A stretch of 63,866 nucleotides of DNA, the filler included, from Cladosporium halotolerans (taxonomy: Eukaryota): the NCBI RefSeq assembly GCF_011745625.1. It is 7 parts of 7 records of this genome, joined end to end, with 100 filler letters (N's around TTAATTAATTAA, not from the genome) between each part and the next. Parts side by side here need not be neighbours in the genome. Positions count along the whole stretch, not along the records: positions 39,410 to 48,999 come from NW_027191604.1; positions 49,100 to 58,609 come from NW_027191605.1; positions 58,710 to 63,866 come from NW_027191672.1; 4 more parts are not named here. One strand, given 5' to 3'. Shown piece by piece: positions 47,391 through 59,687 of the stretch. Each line of letters starts with the position of its first letter. Positions within the stretch are counted from its first letter, which is position 1. The notes under the pieces were generated by a model that saw only the letters and a list, made by a program, of their open reading frames with translations, was not told the DNA's origin and did not search any database. The position numbers and the translations under genes are program-made.

Positions 47391-47540
47391 CTTTGTTTTC
47401 ATCATACTGCATTAAGCTTATGGCACGTCGGCTATCTTCTCGACGACTTCTATGGCTTCTAAGTGTGCTCCCGCGTTGGTCTTCTACCGTACAATTATGC
47501 TCGCTGTCCCGACTCCACCGAGCCGCCATCGCTTTTGGGG
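47391..47540 (-). mobile_element. LINE family B 3'UTR fragment
   Basis: AGCTTATGGCACGTCGGCTATCTTCTCGACGACTTCTA matches 13068-13105 and the reverse complement of about 9588-9627. Confidence 0.85.
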
Positions 47541-48999
47541 GCGCTTCACTTGACCTGAAGCACGTACCGCAACGGTGGCGGACAGCTAAGATCGTCGTCC
47601 TGCGCAAGCCAAACAAGCCGGACTACTCGAATCCGAAGGCATACAGACCCATATCGTTGCTGGAGACGACCAGCAAGGGACTTGACACGGTTGTTGCAAG
47701 AAGACTGTCGTACCTGGCCGAGACATACAGACTGCTGCCGGAGAACCACTTCGGTGGGCGGCCGAACAGGTCGGCGGAGCAGGCGCTCAATCTGCTGGTC
47801 GAGAAGATACACGAGGCGTGGCGGGGATACAAGGTCTTGTCGCTCGTCTCATTTGACGTGCAGGGTGCTTTCAACGGCGTGCACCCTTCGGTGCTTGCAG
47901 AACGGCTACGAAAAAGGATACCTGGCGACCTGGTTGCTTGGATCGAAAGCTTCTGCAACGGGCGGAAGGCTCGGTCGTCGTGGGCGACTACGAATCTCCC
48001 GTGCAAGACATGGAACACGCAGGCATCCCGCAGGGGTCGCCGCTGTCTCCCATACTGTACGTCCTTTACAATGCAAATCTCGTGAAGGGTCATATCAACA
48101 AGAGCGGAGGCTCAATCGGCTTTATCGACGACTACAACGCGTGGGTGGTAGGGTCCAGCGCAGAAGAGAACACGCGCAAACTGCAGATGCAGCTTCTTCC
48201 CTGGGCTGAGAAGTGGGCACGGGAGAGCGGAGCGGTGTTCGAGGCAGACAAGACTGCGTTCATACATTTCGTCCGACCGCTGCAGCCCGCACTGGAACCA
48301 TCGAACCATCTGGTCTTCGGTGGCAAGACGATCGCACCAAAAGCGAGTGTAAAGATCCTAGGCGTCACACTCGACTCGAGGCTATCTATGAACGAACATG
48401 TCTCCAAGGCAGTGGCAAAAGCTATCGGCAAGTGCATGGCGCTGCGTAAGATCCGTGGCGTCCGGCCGGCACAGATGCGTCAGTTGTACATGGCTGCGGT
48501 AGTGCCCACGTTGGACTACGCGGCCTCGACATGGTATGCACCCTCACGAAAAGGAGTCAAAAGGCACGTAGTTGTTCTTGAGCGGGTGCAACGGCTGGCC
48601 TCGAGGCTGATCCTGCGGGCGTACAAGTCGGTGGCGATGCTCGTCCTTCAGAGTGAAGCAAAGCTGCAGTCGGTGAGTGAGAGGCTGCACGAGCGCGTGA
48701 CCAACCACTTGGCCAAGCTGTGCAGCCTTGCACCGGACCACCCACTCCAGCGCTGCATATCATGGTTCCCCCGACAAGGCTCGGCGTTCCCTAGTCCATT
48801 GAGAGCAGTTTATGAGAAGTATGAGATACAAGTGGAGCCGCAAACGGGCTTGAGGATCAACGAGCGACCTTCGTGGGTGATGCCGCCATGGCAGTCTCTA
48901 GTAGGGTCGGTAATGTATTTGGAGCCAGCCGAAGCAGTGCAGCTATGTCGCTCCCTTCGGTTTCGGGGCGCCTACCTGTACTATGCGGCTGCAGCGACG
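47541..48999 (+). mobile_element. Tad1-like LINE family C, RT region, 5' truncated, frameshifted, runs off the contig
   Basis: AYRPISLL, FDVQGAFNGV, GIPQGSPLSPILY, FIDD, VKILGVTLD; protein clearly differs from the A and B RTs. Confidence 0.92.
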
Positions 49000-51900
49000 N
49001 NNNNNNNNNNNNNNNNNNNNNNNNNNNNNNNNNNNNNNNNNNNTTAATTAATTAANNNNNNNNNNNNNNNNNNNNNNNNNNNNNNNNNNNNNNNNNNNNC
49101 GCTGCAGCCATCTGCAGTCTCTGCGTTAAGGAAGGCGTCTAGCACGACACCATCGCGTGGCCACGGCCAGGACATATCAAGCATTGTGCCATCTGGAATT
49201 TGTCCCGCAAGCTTGGAAGCAGGAAAAGCGCTTGATACCTTGATCAAATTCTTTCTTGAACAGCCCCCTGACTGTATCGATCGACGGGACTTTGTCGCAC
49301 TGTGACAATTGAAGGAAAAGGTGAGGACTCAAGTGCACGACGGTTGAAACAATATCGGGTGCTTTCTGCAAGTACTGAAGTTCATGCTATGGGCGCGAAC
49401 GTGCGGCTCTTTGATCAAAAGTGTCGCCACTGCAAAGAAAGGGGACGAGCACCCACTGCATTACCTCTGGCAACTGCGCACCGAGGCGCACTGCAAATCT
49501 AAGGACTCTTTTCGTGCATGGCTCTTGCCGTCTTCTGCCCTTGGCTGACGCGTGAGGACTTGCGCGCAGGTCTGCGCTCGCTCGTAAGCGGGTCAGTGCT
49601 CTGGCACCCGGGACGCCTTCGCTTCTGAGGAACTTGAGAGCAGAAAGAATCGGGTATAGTTGATGGTGTTTGAGTTCCTTGACGCACGACGGCACGGCCA
49701 TCGCTGCACCATGCAGAGCCTTCCGGAAACTGGGTTTTGCCTGGTGGGAACGTCTCGAAAGCTTCTGTAGTGTCATCACGCTGATCGGGACACTTTGCTG
49801 GGGCGGAGCATGCCTGAGCGGGAGGTGAACTTTTGCTGGCACTGGGGCTCCGCGAGACTCGAGCTCGCGCATTGAATGGTATAGGCACCAGTTTCGCCGA
49901 AATCTCGTAGGTACCCCAGCCGGGGCATTTCATTTCAACTTCCACAGGCCCTCTGTTGAAGCAAGCGTTCGGCCATGCTGTAACGCAGATTGTGGTCGCA
50001 CCACAAACAAAAGCTTTGACGGAGAACTCAGCATCCACCGAGGGATCGTGCTCCGGCTGGGCCATGGTCGAGAACGTTCAAAGAAGTGTATACCGGAGAA
50101 GCGCAGACGTGGATGGAACAGGTGTAGAAACGATGTATGCAAGTTTGCGTGTTTCTGGAAGCCGACCATGTAGACCGTCGTTCTTTTTGTAAGCCTTCCA
50201 TGTAAGCCCTCCCCGGGCCTAGCGACTGTTGCTGCCTGGACTTGCACATACCTCATGCATGGGACGCCTGCGCCCTACTACCTGCCTTGCCTCAACATAC
50301 GCGAAGGATACGATATCTCGCAGCTAGTGTGCCTCCTTTCGACGAAGAACTGATCCACCGTGGCAATCAGTTCACTGCCACGAGTCATTCTTTGCCCTGG
50401 CAGCGTGTCGCGCCACTTTCGACGATTGGCAAGTCAGCTCAGGGGTTGCAACCGAAATTGCAGCCAGTGCCTCGATTGTCTGTTGTCGAGTCTTCAGGTC
50501 TGCCTTGGAAAGGGGGGCTTTTCACGCGTTTCCCCAAACCACTGCTACCCTTTCTCCAACCCACACCACATCGTCTGCGCTCAGCCTCAAGCTCCCAGCA
50601 AATGCGGCCAGGCATCGACACCTCGAATCAAGATGGGAAGACACCCGACAGACTCGAGAAGCCACCATGCAGAAAGCGACCGACACTCGACGACGACCGG
50701 ATTGCACGAGGCCACAGGACCCAGCGGTTTCATCTTCGCCCCGCTGTGGGATAACATCGGACGTGCAGTCTGGACACCGAAGTGGACAGGATCCTCGTGC
50801 TCTCTGCCGAGGTCAACGGGACAGCCCCAATCTGGCTCCGGCTGATCGGGCCTGGAAACGCACTCAACCTCAAGCCGAGCACGAAAGTGACTCGCCAGTC
50901 CATAGTGACGTTGGAGGTCGACACGGAAGCCGTGCCCCAATCGCACCACGATTTGGCGGAGTATCGGATTGGAGCACGCGGGTGCTTGTTCGCAGACGTA
51001 TACGTCTACATCTATCAACACGGCCTTGATGAGTGGTCTTCCACCAACCCCAACGAGTTGCTTCAGTACGCAGAAGTCGTGACGTGGACGTTGGTAATCC
51101 TCTACGACCTCACGGGAGCCATTTTTGACAGATCTCCAGATTCCAAATTCTCGCGTGCCTGGGTCCGCAAGAAGCTTTTGCCCTGGTAGACTGTGGCACG
51201 GGTGAGAGCCTCCAGCCTCAGCCACGGTGCAGCCTTTACCGCCCGCCGGCGTGCCCACGCCCCGCACAGGACATCTTGAAGTGGCAAGCGTGGCTGTCTT
51301 ACCATTCATGGCGGATCAGCATTGCCAGCAGTAATTACCTGGACGAAATCAGGCTCGGTGAAATCCACATGCGGCATTTCGGTCAGGTCCGAGCAAAGGA
51401 AGAGCATGTTGGTGTTGGCGTTTTTGTGGATACTGCGAGGATGGTGGACGGGTGGCGGCAGCGCATCTTGGCAGAGCGACGACGCGAGTGATGCGACATG
51501 GATCGATCGCATCGCACAAGGTAGCACATCCGGGACAGGGTGGCTGCTGGCGTTCGAGCGAGGCTTTTGCGAGGCGTGAGCAATGGCGACTCATGCACGG
51601 ACCATCAATCCGGATTGATGGTCTGTGCACCGTCCCCGGTCACCCAAGTGAGGTGATGCAGTGCAAACTGTGCTCATCCGCTTGAAAATCGCAAGGTCCA
51701 GCCGCGAGATCCGAATGACATGGCTGACCGTGTGGTACGCCTGGAGACCGGTGCCCATCCCGACGTCGAATGCACTTGTTGTCCGCAGTGCTGATCGCGA
51801 AGGCCCTCTTGCTCGGGCTGCTGAGGAGATAGGCACGCCGACATTTGTAAACGTGTATCACCAATTCGAGACAAGTCGGTGTCTTACAGTACTGAAACGT

Positions 51901-53498
51901 GCCGCGGCTCTGTCCACATGTTCCCGGTATCTTGTCTTCCGCAGCGGCGGTCCAATATCTTCTCGACGCCCCTCGGGATATCGAGGCGCGAATGGGAATA
52001 CGTCCCGGCTGCTCGGATGTGTTGTCCATACTCAGGCCAGCTTCTCGTCACGCACAGGAGCGTCAGACAACCTGCGCCATTGTAGTCAGAAGTCGCGCTG
52101 GCTTGGCCGCCTTTGGGGCAAGACGAGGCGGTCGAAGCGATGCCCACGACCGCCAGACCGCCCGGTCTCAGAGCGTACCCTGGGCCCCGCTGCCTCGCAA
52201 ATTTCAGCCGCTCTTGCCACAGATGGAGCCTTCACGATACTGACGCCTCGGCCATACAAACGAAAACACACTGCGGATTTCCGAGGTGCAGCCTCGTCGA
52301 GCGTGAGCCGGTCGATTCTTCAGCCATGGCGAACAGCCACGACTGTTGCCTCAGTCGAAAACACGAGACGCCAGCGACCCACGATAGCAACGATGCGGCA
52401 AGCATTGTCCTCGGCCGACGGCATGTTCTGGTCAGCATGACGCAAGCTGTCCGCTTAGTTGTTGGAAGAAGAAGCAGACCGATACTCTCTGGAAGTCTTG
52501 ATCGAGCCTTGGCGCTTCAGCAGCTTGTTGGAACTTTGTCCCTTCTCAACTCCTGCTACGGGAGTGATGTCACATCTCTTGGTGCGGCGCTCCAATATAT
52601 TGGTGCCTTTCCCTAGCTGTCAAGGCGGAAGTCGAAAACCGCACAGTTGCATCATTAGGCTGTTCGTCCTCATTTTGGACGACGATCTCTCGCGTAGGCG
52701 CCAGGCGACCATGGCATGGCTGTGGGAGGTTGCGCTGGTTCAGTCGAGGTGAGCGTCACGAGCCTGTCGCAGCACAACACCGCAGCGGCAATCGATGGAC
52801 GTGATGGACGGCGGATGGACGCTCTCAAACACCGCACTGCTAAGCGAAAGGAGAAATATCACCTTTGTACTGCACTTGCAAGGCGTGGAGCTGGGAAGCC
52901 GTCGAGTGTGAGGCACGCCTGCGCATGAACGAGCGTCATGGTATTGCGTAGTGGGAGGTCAACTGACGCTCGCGGTGCCGTCGATGATTCGACGCTTAGC
53001 CGTGACAGGCTCGAGCATCATGGATCAAGCTCGGCGCGTGGCCACTTTGGACAGGGTTCGGGCCGACACCTCCCGACAATACGCCAGCCGCAGGACGAGA
53101 CCGTTTTCCACGCGCTACTGTTGATCCAGCTGGTACATTACAAGTAAGCTCAAGTAATCACCTCTGCATACAGTACACCCAAAGTCGGAGCTTTGCGAGA
53201 CCTTTGCACGCAACCTTGCCATACGAGTGGGGTTTTGCTTGAATCTTGGCAATCGTCCAAACGTGTGTGGTGCAGCCGTCCGACAAGCAGCCCAGTCTTT
53301 ACGTAGCCGCAGCTGCCCAGCACGTCCTTTTGTATCAGCTTCCGTCACGACTGGCGAGCTGCACGCATACCCGTACAGACCTGGTGTTATCGTCGTCACC
53401 ATTAAGCTATCAGGAAAGTGACGTTAGCCGTCTGAGCGTCGTCGCCGTGGCCAGCTTGCGCCGAAGCACTTCCCACGTCGACTCTCATTCTGGAATGT

Positions 53499-53528
53499 GG
53501 GTTATCAGGGTTAGGGTTGGGGTTGGGG
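53499..53528 (+). repeat. Degenerate telomere-like G-run tract (G-quadruplex-capable)
   Basis: GGGTTATCAGGGTTAGGGTTGGGGTTGGGG: five runs of at least three G. Confidence 0.55.
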
Positions 53529-53911
53529 TAAGCAATGAGTTGCTCCACGCCCCTGCTGTCATGACTGCCATGACTGCGACTTAATTGCACCATTGACCAT
53601 CGCAGGAAACATGTGAGCAGCAGGATCACCGAGATCTCTGGTAGATAAATTCTGTTGTAAACTCACCTCGAGCATATCGTAGTGTCGTCGACTTGCGCAG
53701 TAAATTTAAGTAAATCAATTGGTGTTATGACAGTAGCAAACATGCCAGCACATCGTCAGATATGTATCTTAGATTGGCAGACGCGATGCTCGTGTCTGAC
53801 CACCTAGCAGTACTTGAACGTACAGTACTCATCATACTAGTCTTTCATACAATCGCTATCGAGATGCAGAAACGCCAGTCTAATCGAACATGGCGGTTGA
53901 AACTACCACGC

Positions 53912-54600
53912 TCACACCCAATTACCAGTAAGATACGGCAGGACGATTTTGCTGACGTCACGGGTCGCCACCTGTAAGACATCCAGACTCGTAACCCTGT
54001 CTCTGCCAGCAAAAGCTCTCGAGACGCGATCCCAGTTCAGGTGCAGACACACCCTATCTACCAGCATGATGCCGACCGCTTCTCCCAACACCAGATTCGC
54101 TGCACCGATCAAGTCTGACGTATCCCACAGGCCGGGGCATATCGATGCCGTCCGAGACATGCGGAAGTGCCCTCGGTTGTCTTGAGCGCGCCCTTCCAAT
54201 CCTTTTCGTGTGCGCCAAAAGCATTTCTTACAGTCCGTGAGTGCCACACCGTTATGGTTCCGAGAAGTCTTCGACGGCCTGGGCAGGCCAGGTATGGTTC
54301 CATTGCTGTACTCGATGAGCACAGCGCTCAGGCATTGGGCACAACAAAGGATGAGGCATCCCGACTTGAGACGAGTGTCCCGCCTCGGCGAGTATCCTTC
54401 GAGATCAGACGGGTCGTCCAAATCCATGTACATTGTGAGGCTCTGCGACCGCCGAAGCTTCTTGTGCTCTCGCATCGGCGACTGCAACTTGTTTGGAGCG
54501 TAATCCTCCATCGGGAGGTCTTCCATGCGGAGATCAAGATCATCCATGGCGCCGTATAGCTCAGGTGGAAGCGGGTTGGGACTTTTCGACTTTGGGCAAC
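53912..54600 (-). CDS. Hypothetical protein with two CxxC pairs
   Basis: Long open frame containing CAQC and CKKC; no family recognised. Confidence 0.3.
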
Positions 54601-57196
54601 CTTGGTTGAGCAAAAGGGTAAGGGCCCGCTGCACGGATTCGACTGGATGATCAGCAGGGCCAAGGTGATGCTGTACAGCACAGTAGCCTCCATTCAGAAA
54701 CACAACCATTGTTATAAAAGCGCCGTCGGTCCAACAAGACTTTGTGGCACGGCTTCCGGGCAGAGACGTTCTCGTCCGTTGGTACCCCCGAGCCAACACC
54801 CTTCGAGGCCCCTCCCCTCGTCTGCTCTTTCTTCACTGGCTGGGGACAGCTGAAGTGGCGGCGTTGTCACGCGCCATGTGACTCTGCTTGCACGCGGAAG
54901 CCTCCAGATTTATCTGATAATGTAAGGTCACAGTATTGCAAAGGGAGAGCTGCAAAGCGAAAGGAAGGGTGCAATATCGAGAGCCGTGTCCTCACATCAC
55001 TATCTTGCACGCTGGACTCGACTGCTTGCAGGTGAAGTCACTGCCTAACCGTGTCATCACACCCTACATCGGCGGCTTGGGGCAGAAGTTGGCGGAGGTT
55101 GATGTCTTTCCACTTTGCGTTGTCTTTGCTGAGCTTCGGGAGAGCAGTCTGAATTTCAAGGCGTCCCTGCTGTCCGGCGACGATCAAGGCACCATTGCCA
55201 TCACTCAGATGCTTTACGAGCCGCACGGTGACTGCAGTGTTCCCATGTTTCTACTGCGTGACTCGAAGGAGTCCGTTCACCTTTGTCCGCGAGATTACAC
55301 CTGGTGCCGGCTTTCAGAAGCGAATTCATCTCCTGCAGGGCGTTGCCTCATCGGCCGGTCAAGGTCGTGGTCCTTCGTGACACTTCCCTGCTTGACATGG
55401 GAAGATCAAAATGGCAAAGAATTTAAAAACATATAATGCCGCTCAGCAATATGTGCCCCTTGGAACGCCTGCAGCTCATCTGTAGGGCACCAGGAACAAA
55501 CGTGATTAGTGCTGTGCTGTAGGAAGTGATCACGGGCTTCAAAACCCGTCCCGCCTGGGATCCGCCCCACAACTCAGCTGGTCGCAACGCGGCCACCTGC
55601 CAGCACCGACGCGCTGCCGCAGCACACGCGACATGTCCTTTCCATTAATGTTACCGCCGCCATCACTGTCGCCCGTAGTCTCTGCCGCAACAATGCCACC
55701 ACGTCCGTCCTCGCTGGCTTCCCATGCTTCTTCCAGCCGCAGTCTCCGCCAGTGGTCCCGAACAGCTGCGACAGTCACTGGCGATCGCAACGTTAGCTCC
55801 GAGTCGGGGCGCATCTCTTGAAACCACCTCCGACCTCGCCGACAACGACAACAATTCTTGTGCGGCGAGCGAGGTCAAAGTTGCAGACGAGAACGGCAAG
55901 GAATTCACCTAAATTTTAAACAAGATCTGGGAAGAAGGGCGCGCGCGCACATGGAATTGGAGCATAGCTTGCAGTGGAGGCAGATGCCTGCAGAACCGCA
56001 AGAGATGATTTTGATGCAGAAAGCTACGGGAACGAAAGGATACAAGGTGAACTCTGGCGACCGCCTCCTACCACACGGGGTTTCCACGACCCCGGACGAC
56101 GTCTGGTACCTGAGAGGACGGATACTGCGCTGATACCCTCGAAGTAACTACCACAACTTTGAGCTCGCGCACCACCGACACCATACAGGCTTAAAATCTA
56201 ACAGCCTGATGCCTTGGGGCGATTGACTCTCAGTTCTCAAGAAGACGTGAGAGCGCAAGGCTGAGGCTTGGAAGGCTCACGACCAGCATCCCGGCAACCA
56301 CGCAGCCCCGTGGGATCAGAACGTCAGCTTCGTTTGCAGACGACACTTTTGAGAAAGACTCACTGCGAAGATGGCTGTCGTGGTTCGAGACGACAATCTC
56401 GGTTTGTTGACAATCAGAGCTCGGTTCAAGCACGGCAATCTGACCGTCCGAAGGTGTCGGCGGAGAAGAGTCCAGGACGCCTTGACGAGCGCACGTCTAG
56501 CCCTGAGACGAAGCCACTCCAAGCCGGAAGCTTCGTGCTGGAAATTCTGCGAGGCACCGGACCAGCTCGGGGCCTGCGCGTTTTCTTTCGCTGCAGAGCC
56601 AGTGACATCCAGCCAGCGCAGTGATCTGGTGATGGCGCCAGAAGTTCCGAGTTGCCTCAGGACTCGGTCGAAAGCGCCGGCCACAGACGAGAGTTGCTGC
56701 AACAGATTGTTCACGTCCAGTGTGTTGATTTGAAAAGCAGGCAGTCTTGTCAGGAATATGATCGCGGCAGCGGCGCTGCAGGCCAGCAGGGTCAGAGGAA
56801 GCATCGAGAGACTTTGCATCATGTTTCGGCGGTAGCGCAGGAGGTCGGAGAGCGATCCCAACGTGCGGGTTTTATGTTCCTGTCAGCATGCCGGCAGAGC
56901 CTAAAATTTACAGATGCTGTCCGACCCTGAAGGCCAGATGGTCACGCGCCGGCGTTCGACTGGACCCGACCGAGAAATACTGGCTGCCTGAAACGCTGAA
57001 TGAAACACTGGCTCACCTCGCTTCTTCCTCTGGGTTAAAGGGGGGAAGTTTGAGGATGTGCCATATAAGCCGTTCGCTTGTGTGTAGGTGTGAAAGGACG
57101 GACATTTGCCGGGCTCTGTCGGTCGCGGTGACACTGTCTGGTTTAGTCGGCTTATTTGCCAGCCCTCTCAATCAGAAAAGAAATTACAACCACATT

Positions 57197-57445
57197 ATGG
57201 GCACGTGTTCGGAGAGCAGAAAGCGCAAAGAGAAATTCCACAAGTACAGGATGTCTCTTAAGAAAAAAGCGGACTTGGCCAAGGAGCACCAGGCGGAGAT
57301 CCAAATGGTATTGTTTCGCAAAGGCGTGTTGTACGACATCCCCGGGGACCGTCGTGAAGTAAGCTCTCGACAGAAAGACGCCCCGCGTGGGCTAAATTAC
57401 GAAACGGACTCTGCTGACGAGTTCAGGAGTCGAGGAAGACGCTAA
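57197..57445 (+). CDS. Minimal, divergent MADS-box (SRF-type) domain protein
   Basis: RKRKEKFHKYRMSLKKKA-DLAKEHQAEIQMVLFRKGVLY aligns by eye to the MADS consensus R..TF.KR..GL.KKA.EL..LC.AEI..IIF...GKLY. Confidence 0.55.
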   Translation: MGTCSESRKRKEKFHKYRMSLKKKADLAKEHQAEIQMVLFRKGVLYDIPGDRREVSSRQKDAPRGLNYETDSADEFRSRGRR

Positions 57446-57904
57446 ATCTATCAAGTCGCTCCAAACACATTCCATTGAAAGCAAGTCATCGACAGCATTT
57501 CACTTTCGTCGAGCCAGCCGCACTACGTCCTTCGCAGCTCAGTGCGACAACAGCAAACCCTATACAAAACTCTCGGATGCTAAGACCGGTGGAGTCGTTG
57601 GCGGGACGGCGACGTGGGTCGAAGGTATCGAGCGTGCGACGCAATGTTGTGACCGAGCTGGGCTTGGAGGGATGGGGAAAGCAATCGTGTTATCTTACAA
57701 GTTGAGTGCGCAAACAAATTCGGTATGCCGGGCCATCGATGGTGCAGTATTACATGGCAGTGACCTTGCAATGTCCCCGTGATCTAGTCTACTGTACGAT
57801 GCAGCGACCCCAAACTCCAACAAGCATTTTCAGCATCATCTTTCAGTCTCACTACATTGCCTCCCGAGAGCAGGACTGTGGAGAAGCGTGAGTGTGTATG
57901 GAGT

Positions 57905-57947
57905 GCAAGACACATGCGCAGGACACATGTGCAGGACACATGTGCAG
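57905..57947 (+). repeat. 13-bp tandem repeat, three copies
   Basis: GCAAGACACATGC GCAGGACACATGT GCAGGACACATGT GCAG. Confidence 0.8.
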
Positions 57948-58035
57948 CACGGGAGCGCAGCGCCGAGACTCCACATCACGTGATATTCCCGGCATCAGCC
58001 TACAGGCAATGACGTTACTGGCCTCCTCTGATGCT

Positions 58036-58609
58036 TCATCGAAGGCACATGCGCTTCGGCGGTCGTGGCGCCGCGCCATTCTCTCCCTCCTGCATCGACA
58101 TTCGACGACCACGATTTTCCCCGGATTTTTCGAAGCGCTCGGGGTTGCTCGCCATCCGCCGTTCGTCTGTGCCGCAGCTCTGAGCCATCAAGGTCTCGAA
58201 GACTGCCGAGCGTTCGTCCCCAAGGAATTCTCGAACGAAGAGATCTGAATCGAAACGTGTCGGGTCATCCTGCGCGATGCTCCTCAGACCCTGCAACGCA
58301 AGCCTGACCGCGCACCTCGGAATCTGCGTCGGGTGCGTGCGGTTTGTGGCGGCCCACTGCGCGGCCGTCGAGTAGCGTCCTGCTTCTCGCTCGTCCCAGA
58401 ATGATCCCTCCACAGATGCGGACGCACCGACGGCCAGCTGCGCGCAGACGATGCCGGGCGGCAGGACGAGGACGTCGTGAGGCTCGAGGAGCACCAGCCG
58501 TTGTTCCCCGCGCGGCTGCCAGCCCAGTCTGTCGCTCGCGAAGTCAGCGTACAGCGACGTCGTCATCTTCGCGCGAGGCACGAAGGCGCACAGCCTCCTC
58601 CCCATCAGA
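58036..58609 (-). CDS. C-terminal part of a JmjC/cupin-like protein, 5' end off contig
   Basis: W.P.G..RLVLLEPHDVLVLPPG.IVCAQL.V..S.SVEGSFWD resembles JmjC C-terminal strands; basic NLS-like end PRPPKRM. Confidence 0.5.
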
Positions 58610-58709
58610 NNNNNNNNNNNNNNNNNNNNNNNNNNNNNNNNNNNNNNNNNNNNTTAATTAATTAANNNNNNNNNNNNNNNNNNNNNNNNNNNNNNNNNNN
58701 NNNNNNNNN

Positions 58710-58807
58710 CTGATTGCTGATTGATTTCTGATTGAGCGCCCACCTGACTGATTTGATTCCTGATTGAGCTTCACCTGATTCTGAATATTCAAGATTCAAG
58801 ATCTATG
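58710..58807 (-). mobile_element. Terminus of the CATAGATCTTGAATCTTGA hAT-like family, probably the opposite end
   Basis: Ends TCAAGATTCAAGATCTATG, with TGATT repeats and an interior different from 39212-39309. Confidence 0.75.
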
Positions 58808-59048
58808 CCCATGGTGAACTCGAGGCTTTGGCCATTTGCCGTTTTGCTTAGGGTTCCTTTGCCTTCTGGGTTAATACAGTTTATGTGGATAACGCTACCT
58901 AAATAATGTACATGCTAATGATGAAAGCGCAAGGGTTGGGGATGTTTACAAGGGTTCGAAATCGACCGGTACCACGAAGTAAATCCAATTTATCAGAGCA
59001 ATCTTCCTCATGCAACGCCTTAATTGTGTGTAATGTGTGCGTAGTGAC

Positions 59049-59687
59049 TCAGTGATCATGGCTCACTTTGCCAATGTGATGAAGCGGAACGTCCTCTTGT
59101 GCGCTCTCCGTGGATTCCAATCTAGGCTTGTCTTGTGAGCCTCGAGCATCCATCCTATATTGCAAGAAACAGACGATGGTAAGATGGAACGCTAGAGCAC
59201 TGAACCTCAACAGTCAGCGCATGATTCACGCTCAGAGGAAAGATGCGATCGACTCACTTGATCACGATGGAGACAGCAACGACCGCCCAGCTCATTTTGC
59301 AGCCCACGCCAACGCAACGGGTGAAGTTAGCTTGCATGATAATGGTGGCTACTGCACCCCAGAAGACAACTTCGAGCGCATTCAATATCCAGTACGCTTT
59401 GTAGCTTTGCCATCGTCGTAGGGCTCCGCAGTGCTCGGTGAGAAGTTCGTATGCGACGATGATGAGAGACTTGGCACCCTGTGGGACTTTTAGCCAGTGA
59501 AGTTTTGATGATAATGACGTGAGACCAGTCATACCATAGCCAACGCGATTGTGTTACCTCTGGTCCTAGGCTGGTTCTTCATGAATAGTCGAGGGACGGA
59601 GAGACCGATGGCCGCAATAACCAGTACAATGTAAATGATGTGGATCGGGAACTTCAGACGAGGTGTGAATAGTATTGAGATAGACAT
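59049..59687 (-). CDS. Small four-TM (MARVEL-like) membrane protein, multi-exon
   Basis: Hydrophobic exons about 59687-59535, 59480-59258 and 59210-59049 separated by GT-AG introns. Confidence 0.6.

Noticed and set aside
52459..56133. Possible chromodomain starts (EEEADRYSLEVLIEPW; DDVWYLRGRIL)
   Set aside because: The diagnostic YLVKW and TWEP motifs could not be found downstream.
39212..58807. One 19.6-kb hAT element bounded by the two CATAGATCTTGAATCTTGA ends
   Set aside because: The ends are on different contigs and the flanking 8-mers do not match as a TSD.
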